Position numbers and translations under genes: made by a program
Assembly: GCA_913009205.1 (NCBI GenBank)
Contig: CAJVYC010000011.1
Location: forward strand, 2,442 to 66,441
Source: an uncultured Fluviicola sp.
Lineage (GTDB): Bacteria > Bacteroidota > Bacteroidia > Flavobacteriales_D > Crocinitomicaceae
Direction of reading: 5' to 3'
Length of the DNA stretch: 64,000 bases
Part shown: one piece after another, positions 39,323-48,854 of the stretch
Layout of the letters: every line of letters starts with the position of its first letter
How positions within the stretch are numbered: position 1 is the stretch's first letter
Notes under the pieces: generated by a model
Told to the model about the DNA's origin: nothing
The model's input: the letters and a program-made list of their open reading frames with translations, nothing else
Database searches by the model: none

Positions 39323-40470
39323 TGGAAAATCCAAAAAAAGTTAAGAAAGGCCCAATTCGCGTTGGGATTTCAATGGGTGATATTAATGGAATTGGCCCTG
39401 AAGTGATTATGAAAGCGTTGAATGACAGTCGAATGCTGGACAATTGCACGATTGTTATTTACGGTTCATCTAAAGTGTTTAACTTCCATAAAAAGCCACT
39501 TGGACTTCAAGATTTCAATTACGTTTCGATCAAATCAGCAGATGAGGTCAAAAGCCGAAAAATCAATGTGATTAACATTTGGGATGAAGAAATCACTTTT
39601 GAATTAGGAAAAGCAACGGAATCAGGAGGGAAATACGCTTTTGAATCTTTGGAATCCGCAACAAAGGATTTGGCATCAGGTAAAGTTGATGTTCTTGTTA
39701 CAGCGCCGATATCGAAAGATGCAATGGGGAAAATGGGATTCAAATTTCCAGGTCATACAGAATACTTGGCGGACATGGCAGGACAAGAAGAAGCACTTAT
39801 GTTAATGGTTTCTCCGACGTTAAGAGTTGGATTGGTAACTAGTCATATTGCACTGAAAGATGTTCCTACAGCAGTAACAACAGAAAAAGTTTTCGCTAAA
39901 ATCAAGGCTTTTAATGAAAGTTTGAAAAAGGATTTTGGTATTCGTAGACCACGTATCGCAGTATTTGGAGTCAATCCACATGCAGGTGAAAACGGTAAAA
40001 TGGGGAGCGAAGAAAGCGAAGCAATCAATCCTGCCATTGCAAAAGCAAAAGGCTTAGACATTTTAGCTTTTGGCCCGTATCCAGCCGATGGATTTTTCGG
40101 TTCAAGCTCAAAATCAGAATTTGACGGCGTTTTAGCAATGTACCACGATCAAGGCTTGGCGGCATTTAAGGCCTTGTCTTTTGATGAAGGTGTCAACTTC
40201 ACCGCTGGATTACCAGTGATTAGAACGTCACCAGATCATGGAACGGCATTCGATATCGCAGGTCAAAACAAAGCGTCTGGAGATTCAATGAGAAATGCGA
40301 TTTACCTTGCTATGGATGTTTATAAAACACATGCTTTTGAAAAGGAAATAAATGCCAATCCGCTTGAGATTTCAAAACGCGATAAAAAAGATAGAGAATT
40401 TAGAAATGACGATAGAGGCGGTCAAAGAAAACCTCAAGGTGGACCAAAAAAGGAGACAAAAGAAAGTTAG
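39322..40470 (+). CDS. pdxA: 4-hydroxythreonine-4-phosphate dehydrogenase PdxA with a ~40-aa basic C-terminal extension
   Basis: Motifs GDINGIGPEV, FPGHTEYLA and IRTSPDHGTAFDIAG. Its start overlaps the pepA stop (ATAATG). Confidence 0.93.
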   Translation: MENPKKVKKGPIRVGISMGDINGIGPEVIMKALNDSRMLDNCTIVIYGSSKVFNFHKKPLGLQDFNYVSIKSADEVKSRKINVINIWDEEITFELGKATESGGKYAFESLESATKDLASGKVDVLVTAPISKDAMGKMGFKFPGHTEYLADMAGQEEALMLMVSPTLRVGLVTSHIALKDVPTAVTTEKVFAKIKAFNESLKKDFGIRRPRIAVFGVNPHAGENGKMGSEESEAINPAIAKAKGLDILAFGPYPADGFFGSSSKSEFDGVLAMYHDQGLAAFKALSFDEGVNFTAGLPVIRTSPDHGTAFDIAGQNKASGDSMRNAIYLAMDVYKTHAFEKEINANPLEISKRDKKDREFRNDDRGGQRKPQGGPKKETKES

Positions 40471-40493
40471 TCTCGTCTGTAATATGCTTATTT

Positions 40494-40530
40494 AAAGTCC
40501 GTACTGGTTAAGCCGATACGGACTTTTTTG
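40494..40530 (+). terminator. Rho-independent terminator after pdxA
   Basis: Stem aaagtccgta/tacggacttt with a 13-nt loop, followed by a T-rich run (ttttttgttttt). Confidence 0.75.
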
Positions 40531-40839
40531 TTTTTCGCAACAGTTTAACTATTGAGCAGACCGTGAATACTGGGCTTATTGAAGTGTACCGAATCTAAGT
40601 GCTAAAAACTTAAGTAGGCTCCCGAGTGATTCACAGTATCTTTTCAATAAACATGTCCTGAAACCGTAATATTTGAGTTTACTTATTTCGTTTTTAACTA
40701 AGAAAACCAAACACAACAAGAATCGCAATCAATAGCCCTAAACTCCCTATTTCCTCTCTAATTTCATTAGATTTGCACCAATTAGAAGAGTTAATTCAAA
40801 ATTAATTGCATCGAGCATGCAACTTTCATTTATAATAGT

Positions 40840-40847
40840 TAACTTTG
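40840..40847 (+). promoter_or_regulatory. Candidate -7 promoter box (TAACTTTG) for the yceD-rpmF-plsX-fabH operon
   Basis: Exact TAnnTTTG match 24 nt upstream of the ATG at 40871. Confidence 0.5.
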
Positions 40848-40870
40848 CCCTCCAATTTTAGGTGGTTTTT

Positions 40871-41521
40871 ATGTCAGATAAAGAGTTTGTAATCCCCTTC
40901 GTAGGTTTAAAACAAGGAGTTCACGAATTCAATTTTGAGATTGGAAAAGCGTTCTTTGAAAGTATCGAATACTCAATTGTTCTTGAAGGAAATGTATATG
41001 TTACTTTTCTTCTAGACAAAAAAGAGACAATGTTGATTGGTGACTATACCATCCGCGGAACCGTAAAGGCATCCTGTGGAAGATGTAATGACCCCGTTGA
41101 TGTTGATGTTGAAGGAGAATTTCAACTGGTTTATAAATTTGATGATAAACCCTCAGAAGATGAGTCTTTAGTAATCGTTTACCCCGAAGAGTACGAAATT
41201 GATGTTAAGGAAAGTATCCATGAGTTTATCTCAGTTTCCATCCCATCCAGAACAGTACATAAAGAAGGTGAATGCAACGAAGACGTAATGAAAATCTTAA
41301 GTGAGTATCAGGTATTTACACTGAATGAAGACGGCTCAGTTAAGCCAGATGAAGAATATGATGATTGGGATTCGGATGAAGAAGAAGATGACACTACGGA
41401 TAATTGGGAATCGGAAAATGAACCTGATGAAGATACCGATCAAAAAGAAGATGAAGTCCAAAATGGTGATGATGATTACATCGATCCACGCTGGAACGCA
41501 TTGAAAGGATTAAAGAAATAA
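40871..41521 (+). CDS. YceD/DUF177 family protein with a long acidic C-terminal insertion
   Basis: Conserved position upstream of rpmF, the Cys pair CGRCNDPV, and a D/E-rich segment of ~60 aa. I prefer the ATG at 40871 over the GTG at 40862. Confidence 0.85.
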   Translation: MSDKEFVIPFVGLKQGVHEFNFEIGKAFFESIEYSIVLEGNVYVTFLLDKKETMLIGDYTIRGTVKASCGRCNDPVDVDVEGEFQLVYKFDDKPSEDESLVIVYPEEYEIDVKESIHEFISVSIPSRTVHKEGECNEDVMKILSEYQVFTLNEDGSVKPDEEYDDWDSDEEEDDTTDNWESENEPDEDTDQKEDEVQNGDDDYIDPRWNALKGLKK

Positions 41522-41545
41522 TAGTAAGACATTAAATAAAGTAAA

Positions 41546-41737
41546 ATGGCACACCCAAAACGAAAGATCTCCAGAACGAGACGTGATAAGAGAAGAACTC
41601 ACGTTAAGGCGGAGGCGAAAAACATTGCAACTTGTCCAACAACAGGACAACCACATTTATTCCACCATGCTCATTGGCATGAAGGGAAATTGTACTACAA
41701 AGGAAAAGTAGTAGCTGAGAAAGAAGTTGCAATTTAA
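41546..41737 (+). CDS. rpmF: 50S ribosomal protein L32
   Basis: [20 protein letters not shown]-terminal signature, 63 aa. Confidence 0.96.
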   Translation: MAHPKRKISRTRRDKRRTHVKAEAKNIATCPTTGQPHLFHHAHWHEGKLYYKGKVVAEKEVAI

Positions 41738-41759
41738 TTCTGTACATTAGTTCTTCTTT

Positions 41760-42698
41760 ATGAAGATAGGTATAGATGTCCTAGGTGGTGATTTCGCGCC
41801 CGAAGCAAATATTGCGGGCGCAATTTTAGCATGTAAAGAACTTTCAGTGGACACGAAAATTGTTTTGATAGGCGACCAGGATTCTATTCTGAGTGGCCTT
41901 TCATCCTTTAATGAAGACCCCTTGAATTTTGAGATAGTCCATGCACCGGATCTAATCACAATGCACGACCATCCCACGCGCGCTATTCGTCAAAAACCGA
42001 ACAGTTCGATAGCGATCGGACTTGATTTATTAGCGAGTGGAGAAATTCAGGCTTTCGCAAGTACTGGAAATACGGGAGCTATGCTCGTTGGAGCAATGTT
42101 TAAAATCAATACAGTTCCAGGTGTTATCCGTCCTTGTATTACATCAACGTTACCTGCAATTGACGGAACGAAATCCATTCTTTTGGATGTAGGTTCGAAT
42201 GCAGATTGTAAACCAGATGTTCTGCAGCAGTTCGCAGTTCTTGGTTCATTGTACTCGAATAACGTTTACGGTGTCGAAAAACCTAGAGTGGCCCTTCTTA
42301 ACATTGGTGAAGAGGAGTCAAAAGGGAATCTTTTGACCCAAACCGCTCATAAATTATTGGCAAGTTCTGATAATATTAACTTTATTGGAAATATTGAAGG
42401 GCGTGACTTATTTACTGGGGTTGCAGACGTTGTTGTTTGTGACGGATTTACAGGGAATATTGTGCTTAAACAGGCAGAAGGAATGTACGCCATGCTAAAG
42501 AAAAGAAATGTAAATGATGAATTTCTAGATCGCTTTAATTACGAGAACTACGGCGGTACCCCTATTCTTGGTGTTAAAGGAAATGTGATAATTGGTCACG
42601 GAATCTCTAACGATATTGCAGTGAAAAACATGATATTGCACTCGTACGAAGTTGCAAACTCAGGTTTAGCTGCAAAAATTAATGAAGCTTTTAATTAG
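41760..42698 (+). CDS. plsX: Phosphate acyltransferase PlsX
   Basis: Motifs GIDVLGGDFAPE and DGFTGNIVLK, in conserved rpmF-plsX-fabH synteny. Confidence 0.95.
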   Translation: MKIGIDVLGGDFAPEANIAGAILACKELSVDTKIVLIGDQDSILSGLSSFNEDPLNFEIVHAPDLITMHDHPTRAIRQKPNSSIAIGLDLLASGEIQAFASTGNTGAMLVGAMFKINTVPGVIRPCITSTLPAIDGTKSILLDVGSNADCKPDVLQQFAVLGSLYSNNVYGVEKPRVALLNIGEEESKGNLLTQTAHKLLASSDNINFIGNIEGRDLFTGVADVVVCDGFTGNIVLKQAEGMYAMLKKRNVNDEFLDRFNYENYGGTPILGVKGNVIIGHGISNDIAVKNMILHSYEVANSGLAAKINEAFN

Positions 42699-42701
42699 AA
42701 T

Positions 42702-43688
42702 ATGAAAACGACAGCAGCGATAACAGGAGTTCAAGGATATTTGCCGGATCATATCCTTTCCAACGAAGATTTAGCGAAAATCGTTGACACTAGCGATGAG
42801 TGGATCACTTCACGAACAGGAATTAAGGAAAGAAGGATCATGAAAGATGGTGCTTCTTCTGATATGGCAGTAGAAGCAGTTAATGGGCTTTTGAAAAAAA
42901 CCAACACATCACCGGATGAGGTTGATTTGGTGATTTTGGCTACTGTAACTCCAGACTATCCTTTCCCTAGCACTGCAAATGTACTTTGCGATAAAACAGG
43001 AATGAAAAATGCCTGGGGCTTTGATTTAATTGCGGCCTGCTCAGGTTTCATTTATGGATTATCTACAGGAGCACAATTTATTGAAACTGGAAAATATAAA
43101 AAAGTTGTTGTAGTTGGCGTTGATAAAATGTCTTCTATCGTAGATTATCAAGACAGAACGACATGTATAATCTTTGGTGATGGTTGTGGAGCAGTTATGC
43201 TTGAGCCAAACAATGAGGGATTAGGTGTACAAGACTTTATATTAAAAAGTGATGGAGCAGGCAGGAATTACTTGTTCCAACCGGGTGGAGGTTCATTTGC
43301 ACCAGCGTCTCACGAAACAGTAGACAATAGAATGCACTTCGTGAAACAAGAAGGAAAACAAGTCTTTAAATTTGCTGTAACGAATATGGCAGATGTTTCC
43401 GCTGAAATCATGGAGAAAAATAATTTGACTAGCGACGACGTTGATTGGTTAGTGCCGCATCAAGCGAATCTTAGAATAATCGACGCAACGGCAAATCGAA
43501 TGGGTCTTTCCAAAGAAAAGGTAATGATCAATATTGAGAAGTACGGAAATACAACAGCTGGGACATTGCCATTGTGTTTGTGGGATTATGAAAAACAATT
43601 GAAAAAAGGGGACAACCTAATTTTATCTGCCTTTGGTGGTGGGTTTACTTGGGGAGCTGTTTATTTAAAATGGGCGTATAATTCCTAA
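42702..43688 (+). CDS. fabH: Beta-ketoacyl-ACP synthase III
   Basis: Catalytic triad contexts [10 protein letters not shown] (Cys), PHQANLRII (His) and [10 protein letters not shown] (Asn). Confidence 0.96.
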   Translation: MKTTAAITGVQGYLPDHILSNEDLAKIVDTSDEWITSRTGIKERRIMKDGASSDMAVEAVNGLLKKTNTSPDEVDLVILATVTPDYPFPSTANVLCDKTGMKNAWGFDLIAACSGFIYGLSTGAQFIETGKYKKVVVVGVDKMSSIVDYQDRTTCIIFGDGCGAVMLEPNNEGLGVQDFILKSDGAGRNYLFQPGGGSFAPASHETVDNRMHFVKQEGKQVFKFAVTNMADVSAEIMEKNNLTSDDVDWLVPHQANLRIIDATANRMGLSKEKVMINIEKYGNTTAGTLPLCLWDYEKQLKKGDNLILSAFGGGFTWGAVYLKWAYNS

Positions 43689-43724
43689 ATTATACTATTT
43701 TTATCGCATTAATACTTGAATAAA

Positions 43725-44201
43725 ATGAATATTAAAGAGATACAAGATTTAATCAAATTTGTTGCCAAATCAGGAGTCAACGAAGTTGAGATCGAACAAA
43801 AAGACTTTAAAATCATAATTAAGTCACAAGCTGAGGCGAAAGAACAAATAATTGTTCAAGCTGCTCCCGTGGTTGCTGCTCCTGTAGCGGCGCTACCTCC
43901 GGCACCTGCTGCACCTGCTGCTGCTGCTGCTGCTGCTCCAGCTGAAGAGGAAAATTCAAACTACATTACTGTTAAATCTCCAATGATTGGTACGTTCTAC
44001 AGATCAGCAGGGCCAGACAAGGATTCTTTTGTGAATGTTGGAGATACAATTGGAGTTGGAGATACCGTATGTATTATTGAAGCAATGAAATTGTTTAATG
44101 AAATTGAAGCGGAAGTTTCAGGTAAGATCATTAAAGTTTTAGTTGATGATTCCACACCAGTTGAGTACGATCAGCCACTATTCGTAGTTGATCCGTCATA
44201 A
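43725..44201 (+). CDS. accB: Acetyl-CoA carboxylase biotin carboxyl carrier protein
   Basis: Ala/Pro linker and the biotinylation motif CIIEAMKLFNEIEA. I prefer the ATG at 43725 over the TTG at 43716. Confidence 0.95.
   Translation: MNIKEIQDLIKFVAKSGVNEVEIEQKDFKIIIKSQAEAKEQIIVQAAPVVAAPVAALPPAPAAPAAAAAAAPAEEENSNYITVKSPMIGTFYRSAGPDKDSFVNVGDTIGVGDTVCIIEAMKLFNEIEAEVSGKIIKVLVDDSTPVEYDQPLFVVDPS
43917..43937 (+). repeat. (GCT)7 alanine-codon microsatellite in the AccB linker
   Basis: Direct reading of gctgctgctgctgctgctgct, encoding A7. Confidence 0.9.
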
Positions 44202-44282
44202 TTAGATTTTTGTTGGCAGAAATTAATAGCTTCTTTGCAAGCGTTTTTAATGCGCCATTCACATAAATAAATTGCTATGAGC

Positions 44283-45617
44283 ATGTTCAAAAAGATTTTA
44301 ATTGCGAACAGAGGAGAGATAGCGTTACGTGTTATTCGTACGTGTAAGGAAATGGGTATAAAAACGGTCGCGGTTTATTCAACTGCTGATAAAGACAGTT
44401 TGCCCGTGAGATTTGCTGATGAGGCGGTTTGTATAGGACCACCAACGAGCGCAGAGTCTTACTTATCAATCCCAAGTATTATCGCAGCTGCAGAAATTAC
44501 AAATGCGGACGCCATTCACCCAGGGTATGGGTTCTTGTCTGAAAACGCGAAATTTTCTCGTGTTTGTCAAGAGCACAACATCAAGTTTATTGGAGCAACT
44601 CCAGAACAAATTGATGGAATGGGAGATAAGGCAAACGCTAAATCTACAATGATCGCTGCAGGAGTGCCTTGTATTCCAGGATCGAAAGGATTGTTGAAAG
44701 ATTTAAAGGATGCTATCAAAACAGCTAAAGTTGTGAGATACCCAATTATTCTTAAAGCAACTGCCGGTGGTGGTGGAAAAGGAATGCGTGTGGTATGGAA
44801 AGAAGAGGACATGGAGGCTGCATGGGACGCTACAAGAGCTGAATCTGCTGCTGCATTTGGAAACAATGCTTTGTACATGGAGAAATTCATCGAAGATCCA
44901 AGACACATTGAGATTCAAATTGCTGGAGATCAATATGGAAATGCGTGTCATCTTTCTGAAAGAGATTGTTCTATACAACGACGTCACCAAAAGCTAGTTG
45001 AAGAAACTCCTTCTCCGTTCATGACAGATGACTTGAGAAAAAGAATGGGAGATGCTGCGATTCAAGCAACAAAAGCTGTGAACTACGAAGGTGTAGGAAC
45101 AGTTGAGTTTTTGGTCGATAAACACCGCGACTTCTACTTCATGGAAATGAATACTAGAATTCAGGTTGAGCATACAATTACCGAAGAAGTTATTAATTAC
45201 GATTTGATTAAAGAACAAATCAAATTGGCTGCCGGAGAGAAAATGTCAGGAGAAAATCATTTTCCTACTATGCATGCGATTCAATGTCGAATCAACGCTG
45301 AGGACCCGAGTGCGAACTTTAGACCGTCTCCAGGGAAAATTACAAGTTATCATGCTCCTGGTGGACACGGTATCAGAATTGATACACATGTTTACGCAGG
45401 ATATGAAATCTCGCCTTATTACGATTCAATGATTTCTAAGCTTATCGTTGTTGCTCAAACTAGAGAGGAAGCGATTAAGAAGATGAAAAGAGCATTGGGA
45501 GAATATATTATCGAAGGAATTAAAACAACAATCCCTTTCCACCAGAAATTAATGGAAGACGAGAATTTCGTTAAAGGGGAGTTTACTACTAGTTTCATGG
45601 ATACATTCGAATATTAG
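44283..45617 (+). CDS. accC: Acetyl-CoA carboxylase biotin carboxylase subunit
   Basis: [17 protein letters not shown]-terminus and ATP-grasp motifs [10 protein letters not shown] and [10 protein letters not shown]. An alternative ATG lies two codons upstream at 44277. Confidence 0.96.
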   Translation: MFKKILIANRGEIALRVIRTCKEMGIKTVAVYSTADKDSLPVRFADEAVCIGPPTSAESYLSIPSIIAAAEITNADAIHPGYGFLSENAKFSRVCQEHNIKFIGATPEQIDGMGDKANAKSTMIAAGVPCIPGSKGLLKDLKDAIKTAKVVRYPIILKATAGGGGKGMRVVWKEEDMEAAWDATRAESAAAFGNNALYMEKFIEDPRHIEIQIAGDQYGNACHLSERDCSIQRRHQKLVEETPSPFMTDDLRKRMGDAAIQATKAVNYEGVGTVEFLVDKHRDFYFMEMNTRIQVEHTITEEVINYDLIKEQIKLAAGEKMSGENHFPTMHAIQCRINAEDPSANFRPSPGKITSYHAPGGHGIRIDTHVYAGYEISPYYDSMISKLIVVAQTREEAIKKMKRALGEYIIEGIKTTIPFHQKLMEDENFVKGEFTTSFMDTFEY

Positions 45618-45944
45618 AAGATCTGGTTCTGTCGCGTTAACCAAATCTCAATCTGACATTTACTGATTAAGGAATGAATTAGGCAGCTAAAGAATAAAAT
45701 ATTTTGAACGTTGTTTTCTCGAATCAGCTATTTGATCCTTCCTAATTATATTGACAACTTCGATTTCAGCGAAAGTCCGCCTATCAATTTAAAAAGTCCT
45801 TTTAATAAATTAGAGTCTAAGTAGGTTTTGTTCGTTTCTCGATGGCAAATATATAATCACATTATTTTTATTTGTTATTTGTTTTGGAATACGGTGATAG
45901 ATGTTTACATTTAGGAACTTTAAATTAACTCAATTTTTTATTTT

Positions 45945-48683
45945 ATGAAACGACTTTACATTTATATGCTTGCAATTTTCGGCATAATACTCTTTTCACC
46001 GCAATATTCATTTGCCCAATATTGTGTTCTTGGAGGGCCTTCATCTACTTTTGATTCAAATATTGAAAGTGTTAACCTATTAGGAGACGCAGCAAGTGCA
46101 ATTTCATACACGGGTTGTCCTGGTGTTTCAGGTGTTGAAGATCTTACTGCTAGTCAAAGTGTTGATGTTTCTGCTGGCACCCTATACACAGCTGATATTG
46201 TGTTTGGTACTTGTGGTGGTAACTACGGAAATGCTGGGGAAGCATGGATTGACTGGGATAAAAACGGTGTTTTTGACCCTTCTGAATCAATAGGAACATG
46301 GTCCGGAACTCCTCCTGCGCCTTCCTCATTTGTATTTACAGTCCCTACCCTAGGTGTGAATGGTATCACAACTATGAGAGTTATGCAACAGGAAGGTGGT
46401 TCTTTACCTCTTGACCCTTGTGCTTCATTTAATTGGGGCTCAGTTGTTGACTTTTCAGTGAACGTTTCGGGCATGTCCTTAATTACTTGTCCTGCCCCAA
46501 CAGCATTAATAGCTTCTGCGATCACTGCAACTTCAGCTGACTTTGGATGGACTGATAATGCACTTTCTGGAATAGCAAATGTTGAATACGGTGCAGCCGG
46601 ATTCATTCTTGGAACTGGAACTTTGATAACAGGAACAACCAACAATCCTGAAACGGTAACTGGACTTACTTCTGAAACAGGTTACGACTTCTACGTTCAA
46701 TCTGATTGTGGTTTGGGTGACTTCTCTACTTGGGCAGGCCCATTCTCTTTCACTACTCCTTGTTCAGCATTTATAGCTCCTTATACTGAAGATGTCGAGA
46801 CACACGCTAATTCTTTTGGATTTACGGAATCGAACTGTTGGACCTCGTCTGCAAGTTCAGGTTATGACTGGAATATTACTGGCACGGGTACGACGGGCTC
46901 AAGTGGGACAGGTGCTCTTTCAGCAAATAGTGGAACTAAATATTTCTATACTGAAGCTTCTGGAGCTCCTGTTGGTGCAATTTGTACATTAACATCTCCT
47001 CTTCTAGACGCGTCGGCAATGACAGCTCCTACTCTTCAATTTTGGCACCATATGCACGGTAACCAAATGGGAGATTTAGCTGTTGAAGCTTGGGATGGTA
47101 CATCTTGGAATCAAGTTTTATTGATTTCTGGTGAGCAACAAGTCGCTCAAGGAGATGGCTTCATTAAAGAAACTATTGACTTAGCTGGATTCCAGAACTC
47201 CGGACTTCAAGTTCGTTTTATTGCAACAAGTGCGGGTGGTTTCGAAGGTGATATTTGTATCGACGATTTCAGTGTGGTCGAATTTTGTGCTATTGAAGAG
47301 GTTGCACCAGTTGCTGATCTTGTATCATTACCAGATATTACCGCTTCTTGTGAGGTTGTATCCTTAACAGATCCAACAGCTACTGATAACTGCTCCGCGG
47401 TTACCGTATCAAATGATGTGACATTACCAATTCAAGTGGCTTCAACAATTACATGGACGTATACGGATGCAGTTGGAAACTTCTCAACGCAAACACAAAA
47501 TGTTGTATTCAATGATTTAATTTTACCAACAGCGTCTAATCCAGCTGATTCATCTTACGAGTGTGTAGCAGATGCAGTAATTGATGGTGCAGTTGTAACT
47601 GATGCAGCTGACAACTGTTCAGCAACAATAGTAACACACGTGGGTGACGTTGTTTCTGGAAATGGATGTCAAGACACAATAACAAGAACATACAAAGTGA
47701 CGGATGGATCAGGTAACTTCGTTGACGTAGTTCAAATGATCTACATTGAAGATGTAACTAATCCAACAGCATCAAATCCAACGTCATTGAATGTTCAATG
47801 TATTGGTGATGTACCAGCACCTTCTGCAGGTTGGGTAACTGACGAAGCAGATAACTGTGCAGCAGCACCTGTTGTAGCATTTGTATCTGATGTATCAGAT
47901 AGTTTATCATGTCCAGAGACAATCACAAGAACATTCAGTGTAACTGATAACTGCGGTAACCAAACAACTGTAGATCAATTGATTATTATTATGGATATGA
48001 CCGCGCCAATTGGTGATATAGCTTCATTGCCAGCATTAACTGGAAACTGTGATATTACGCCATCAACAGCAACAGCAACTGATAACTGTGATGGAGCAAT
48101 GAACGGAACACCAGATATGGCTTTCCCAATTACTGCGGCAGGAACAACAACAGTAACTTGGACGTTTACAGATGCTTGTGGAAATACAACAGCGCAAACA
48201 CAAGATGTGGTAATTACACCAGTAGATGTAACAACGAGCATGGCAAGTGATGGAATCACAATAGTTGTAAATAACAATGGTCAAACTTACCAGTGGATCG
48301 ATTGTATTACAGGACAAGCTATTCCGGGAGAAACTAGTTATAACTTCACTCCGACATACGGAAGCGAGTTCGCTGTGATTATTACGGAGAATGGATGTTC
48401 AGATACTTCTGCTTGTGTTAACTCAACAGTTGGAATTGGAGAAATCGGAATTAAAACTCTAGTTCTTTATCCAAATCCAACAAACGGAATGTTGACTATT
48501 GACTTCGAAGGTGAGATCAAAAACATCGAGGTTGTAGATATGCTTGGAAGAAGAGTTAAAACAATTGTTTCTATTGAAAACAAATCAGTGGATGCAACAG
48601 AATTGACTCCAGGTAAATACATGATTAGAATTACAACTGAAAACGATCAAGTTCTTTTAGAAGAGTTTGTTCTTCAGAATTAG
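45945..48683 (+). CDS. Large T9SS-secreted multidomain surface protein (GEVED-like, FN3-like, MAM-like, repeated HYR-like DNC modules, T9SS CTD)
   Basis: Signal peptide. GEAWIDWDKNGVFD (GEVED-like). CPAPT...FGWTD...TGLTSETGYDFYVQSDCG (FN3-like). MAM-like LQFWHHMHGNQMGDL...GDICIDDFSV. At least four (A/T)(T/A)DNC...T(W/R)T(Y/F)..TD..GN modules. C-terminal LVLYPNPTNGMLTI...GKYMIRI. Confidence 0.88.
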   Translation: MKRLYIYMLAIFGIILFSPQYSFAQYCVLGGPSSTFDSNIESVNLLGDAASAISYTGCPGVSGVEDLTASQSVDVSAGTLYTADIVFGTCGGNYGNAGEAWIDWDKNGVFDPSESIGTWSGTPPAPSSFVFTVPTLGVNGITTMRVMQQEGGSLPLDPCASFNWGSVVDFSVNVSGMSLITCPAPTALIASAITATSADFGWTDNALSGIANVEYGAAGFILGTGTLITGTTNNPETVTGLTSETGYDFYVQSDCGLGDFSTWAGPFSFTTPCSAFIAPYTEDVETHANSFGFTESNCWTSSASSGYDWNITGTGTTGSSGTGALSANSGTKYFYTEASGAPVGAICTLTSPLLDASAMTAPTLQFWHHMHGNQMGDLAVEAWDGTSWNQVLLISGEQQVAQGDGFIKETIDLAGFQNSGLQVRFIATSAGGFEGDICIDDFSVVEFCAIEEVAPVADLVSLPDITASCEVVSLTDPTATDNCSAVTVSNDVTLPIQVASTITWTYTDAVGNFSTQTQNVVFNDLILPTASNPADSSYECVADAVIDGAVVTDAADNCSATIVTHVGDVVSGNGCQDTITRTYKVTDGSGNFVDVVQMIYIEDVTNPTASNPTSLNVQCIGDVPAPSAGWVTDEADNCAAAPVVAFVSDVSDSLSCPETITRTFSVTDNCGNQTTVDQLIIIMDMTAPIGDIASLPALTGNCDITPSTATATDNCDGAMNGTPDMAFPITAAGTTTVTWTFTDACGNTTAQTQDVVITPVDVTTSMASDGITIVVNNNGQTYQWIDCITGQAIPGETSYNFTPTYGSEFAVIITENGCSDTSACVNSTVGIGEIGIKTLVLYPNPTNGMLTIDFEGEIKNIEVVDMLGRRVKTIVSIENKSVDATELTPGKYMIRITTENDQVLLEEFVLQN

Positions 48684-48705
48684 TAATATTATTATATAAC
48701 AATTG

Positions 48706-48737
48706 AAAAGGGGTCTCGTAAGAGGCTCCTTTTTTTT
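48706..48737 (+). terminator. Rho-independent terminator after the 912-aa gene
   Basis: Stem ggggtctc/gaggctcc with two G-U pairs and a gtaa loop, followed by T8. Confidence 0.7.
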
Positions 48738-48804
48738 GTTAAAGTAACTTCATGTGAACCGTTACTTTAATGGATTAAAAAACGATGCTATATACAGTAT
48801 AACA

Positions 48805-48836
48805 TAAAAAAGGGAACTCGTTAGAGTTCCCTTTTT
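48805..48836 (-). terminator. Rho-independent terminator after the SDR gene (minus strand; hairpin is symmetric)
   Basis: Stem agggaactc/gagttccct with a gtta loop. An A6 run on the plus strand reads as T6 on the minus strand, 19 nt past the stop at 48855. Confidence 0.75.
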
Positions 48837-48854
48837 GGGTTTAATAAATTGGGT

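Noticed and set aside
46223-46645. 140-aa minus-strand ORF inside the 912-aa T9SS gene. Similar long antisense ORFs occur at 25414..25743, 44567..44908, 61301..61654, 62829..63155, 33175..33510, 15951..16262 and 21960..22286.
   Set aside because: All are fully embedded antisense in genes with strong family signatures. Their composition is unremarkable or Cys/Ser-rich nonsense, with no motifs. They are typical shadow ORFs.
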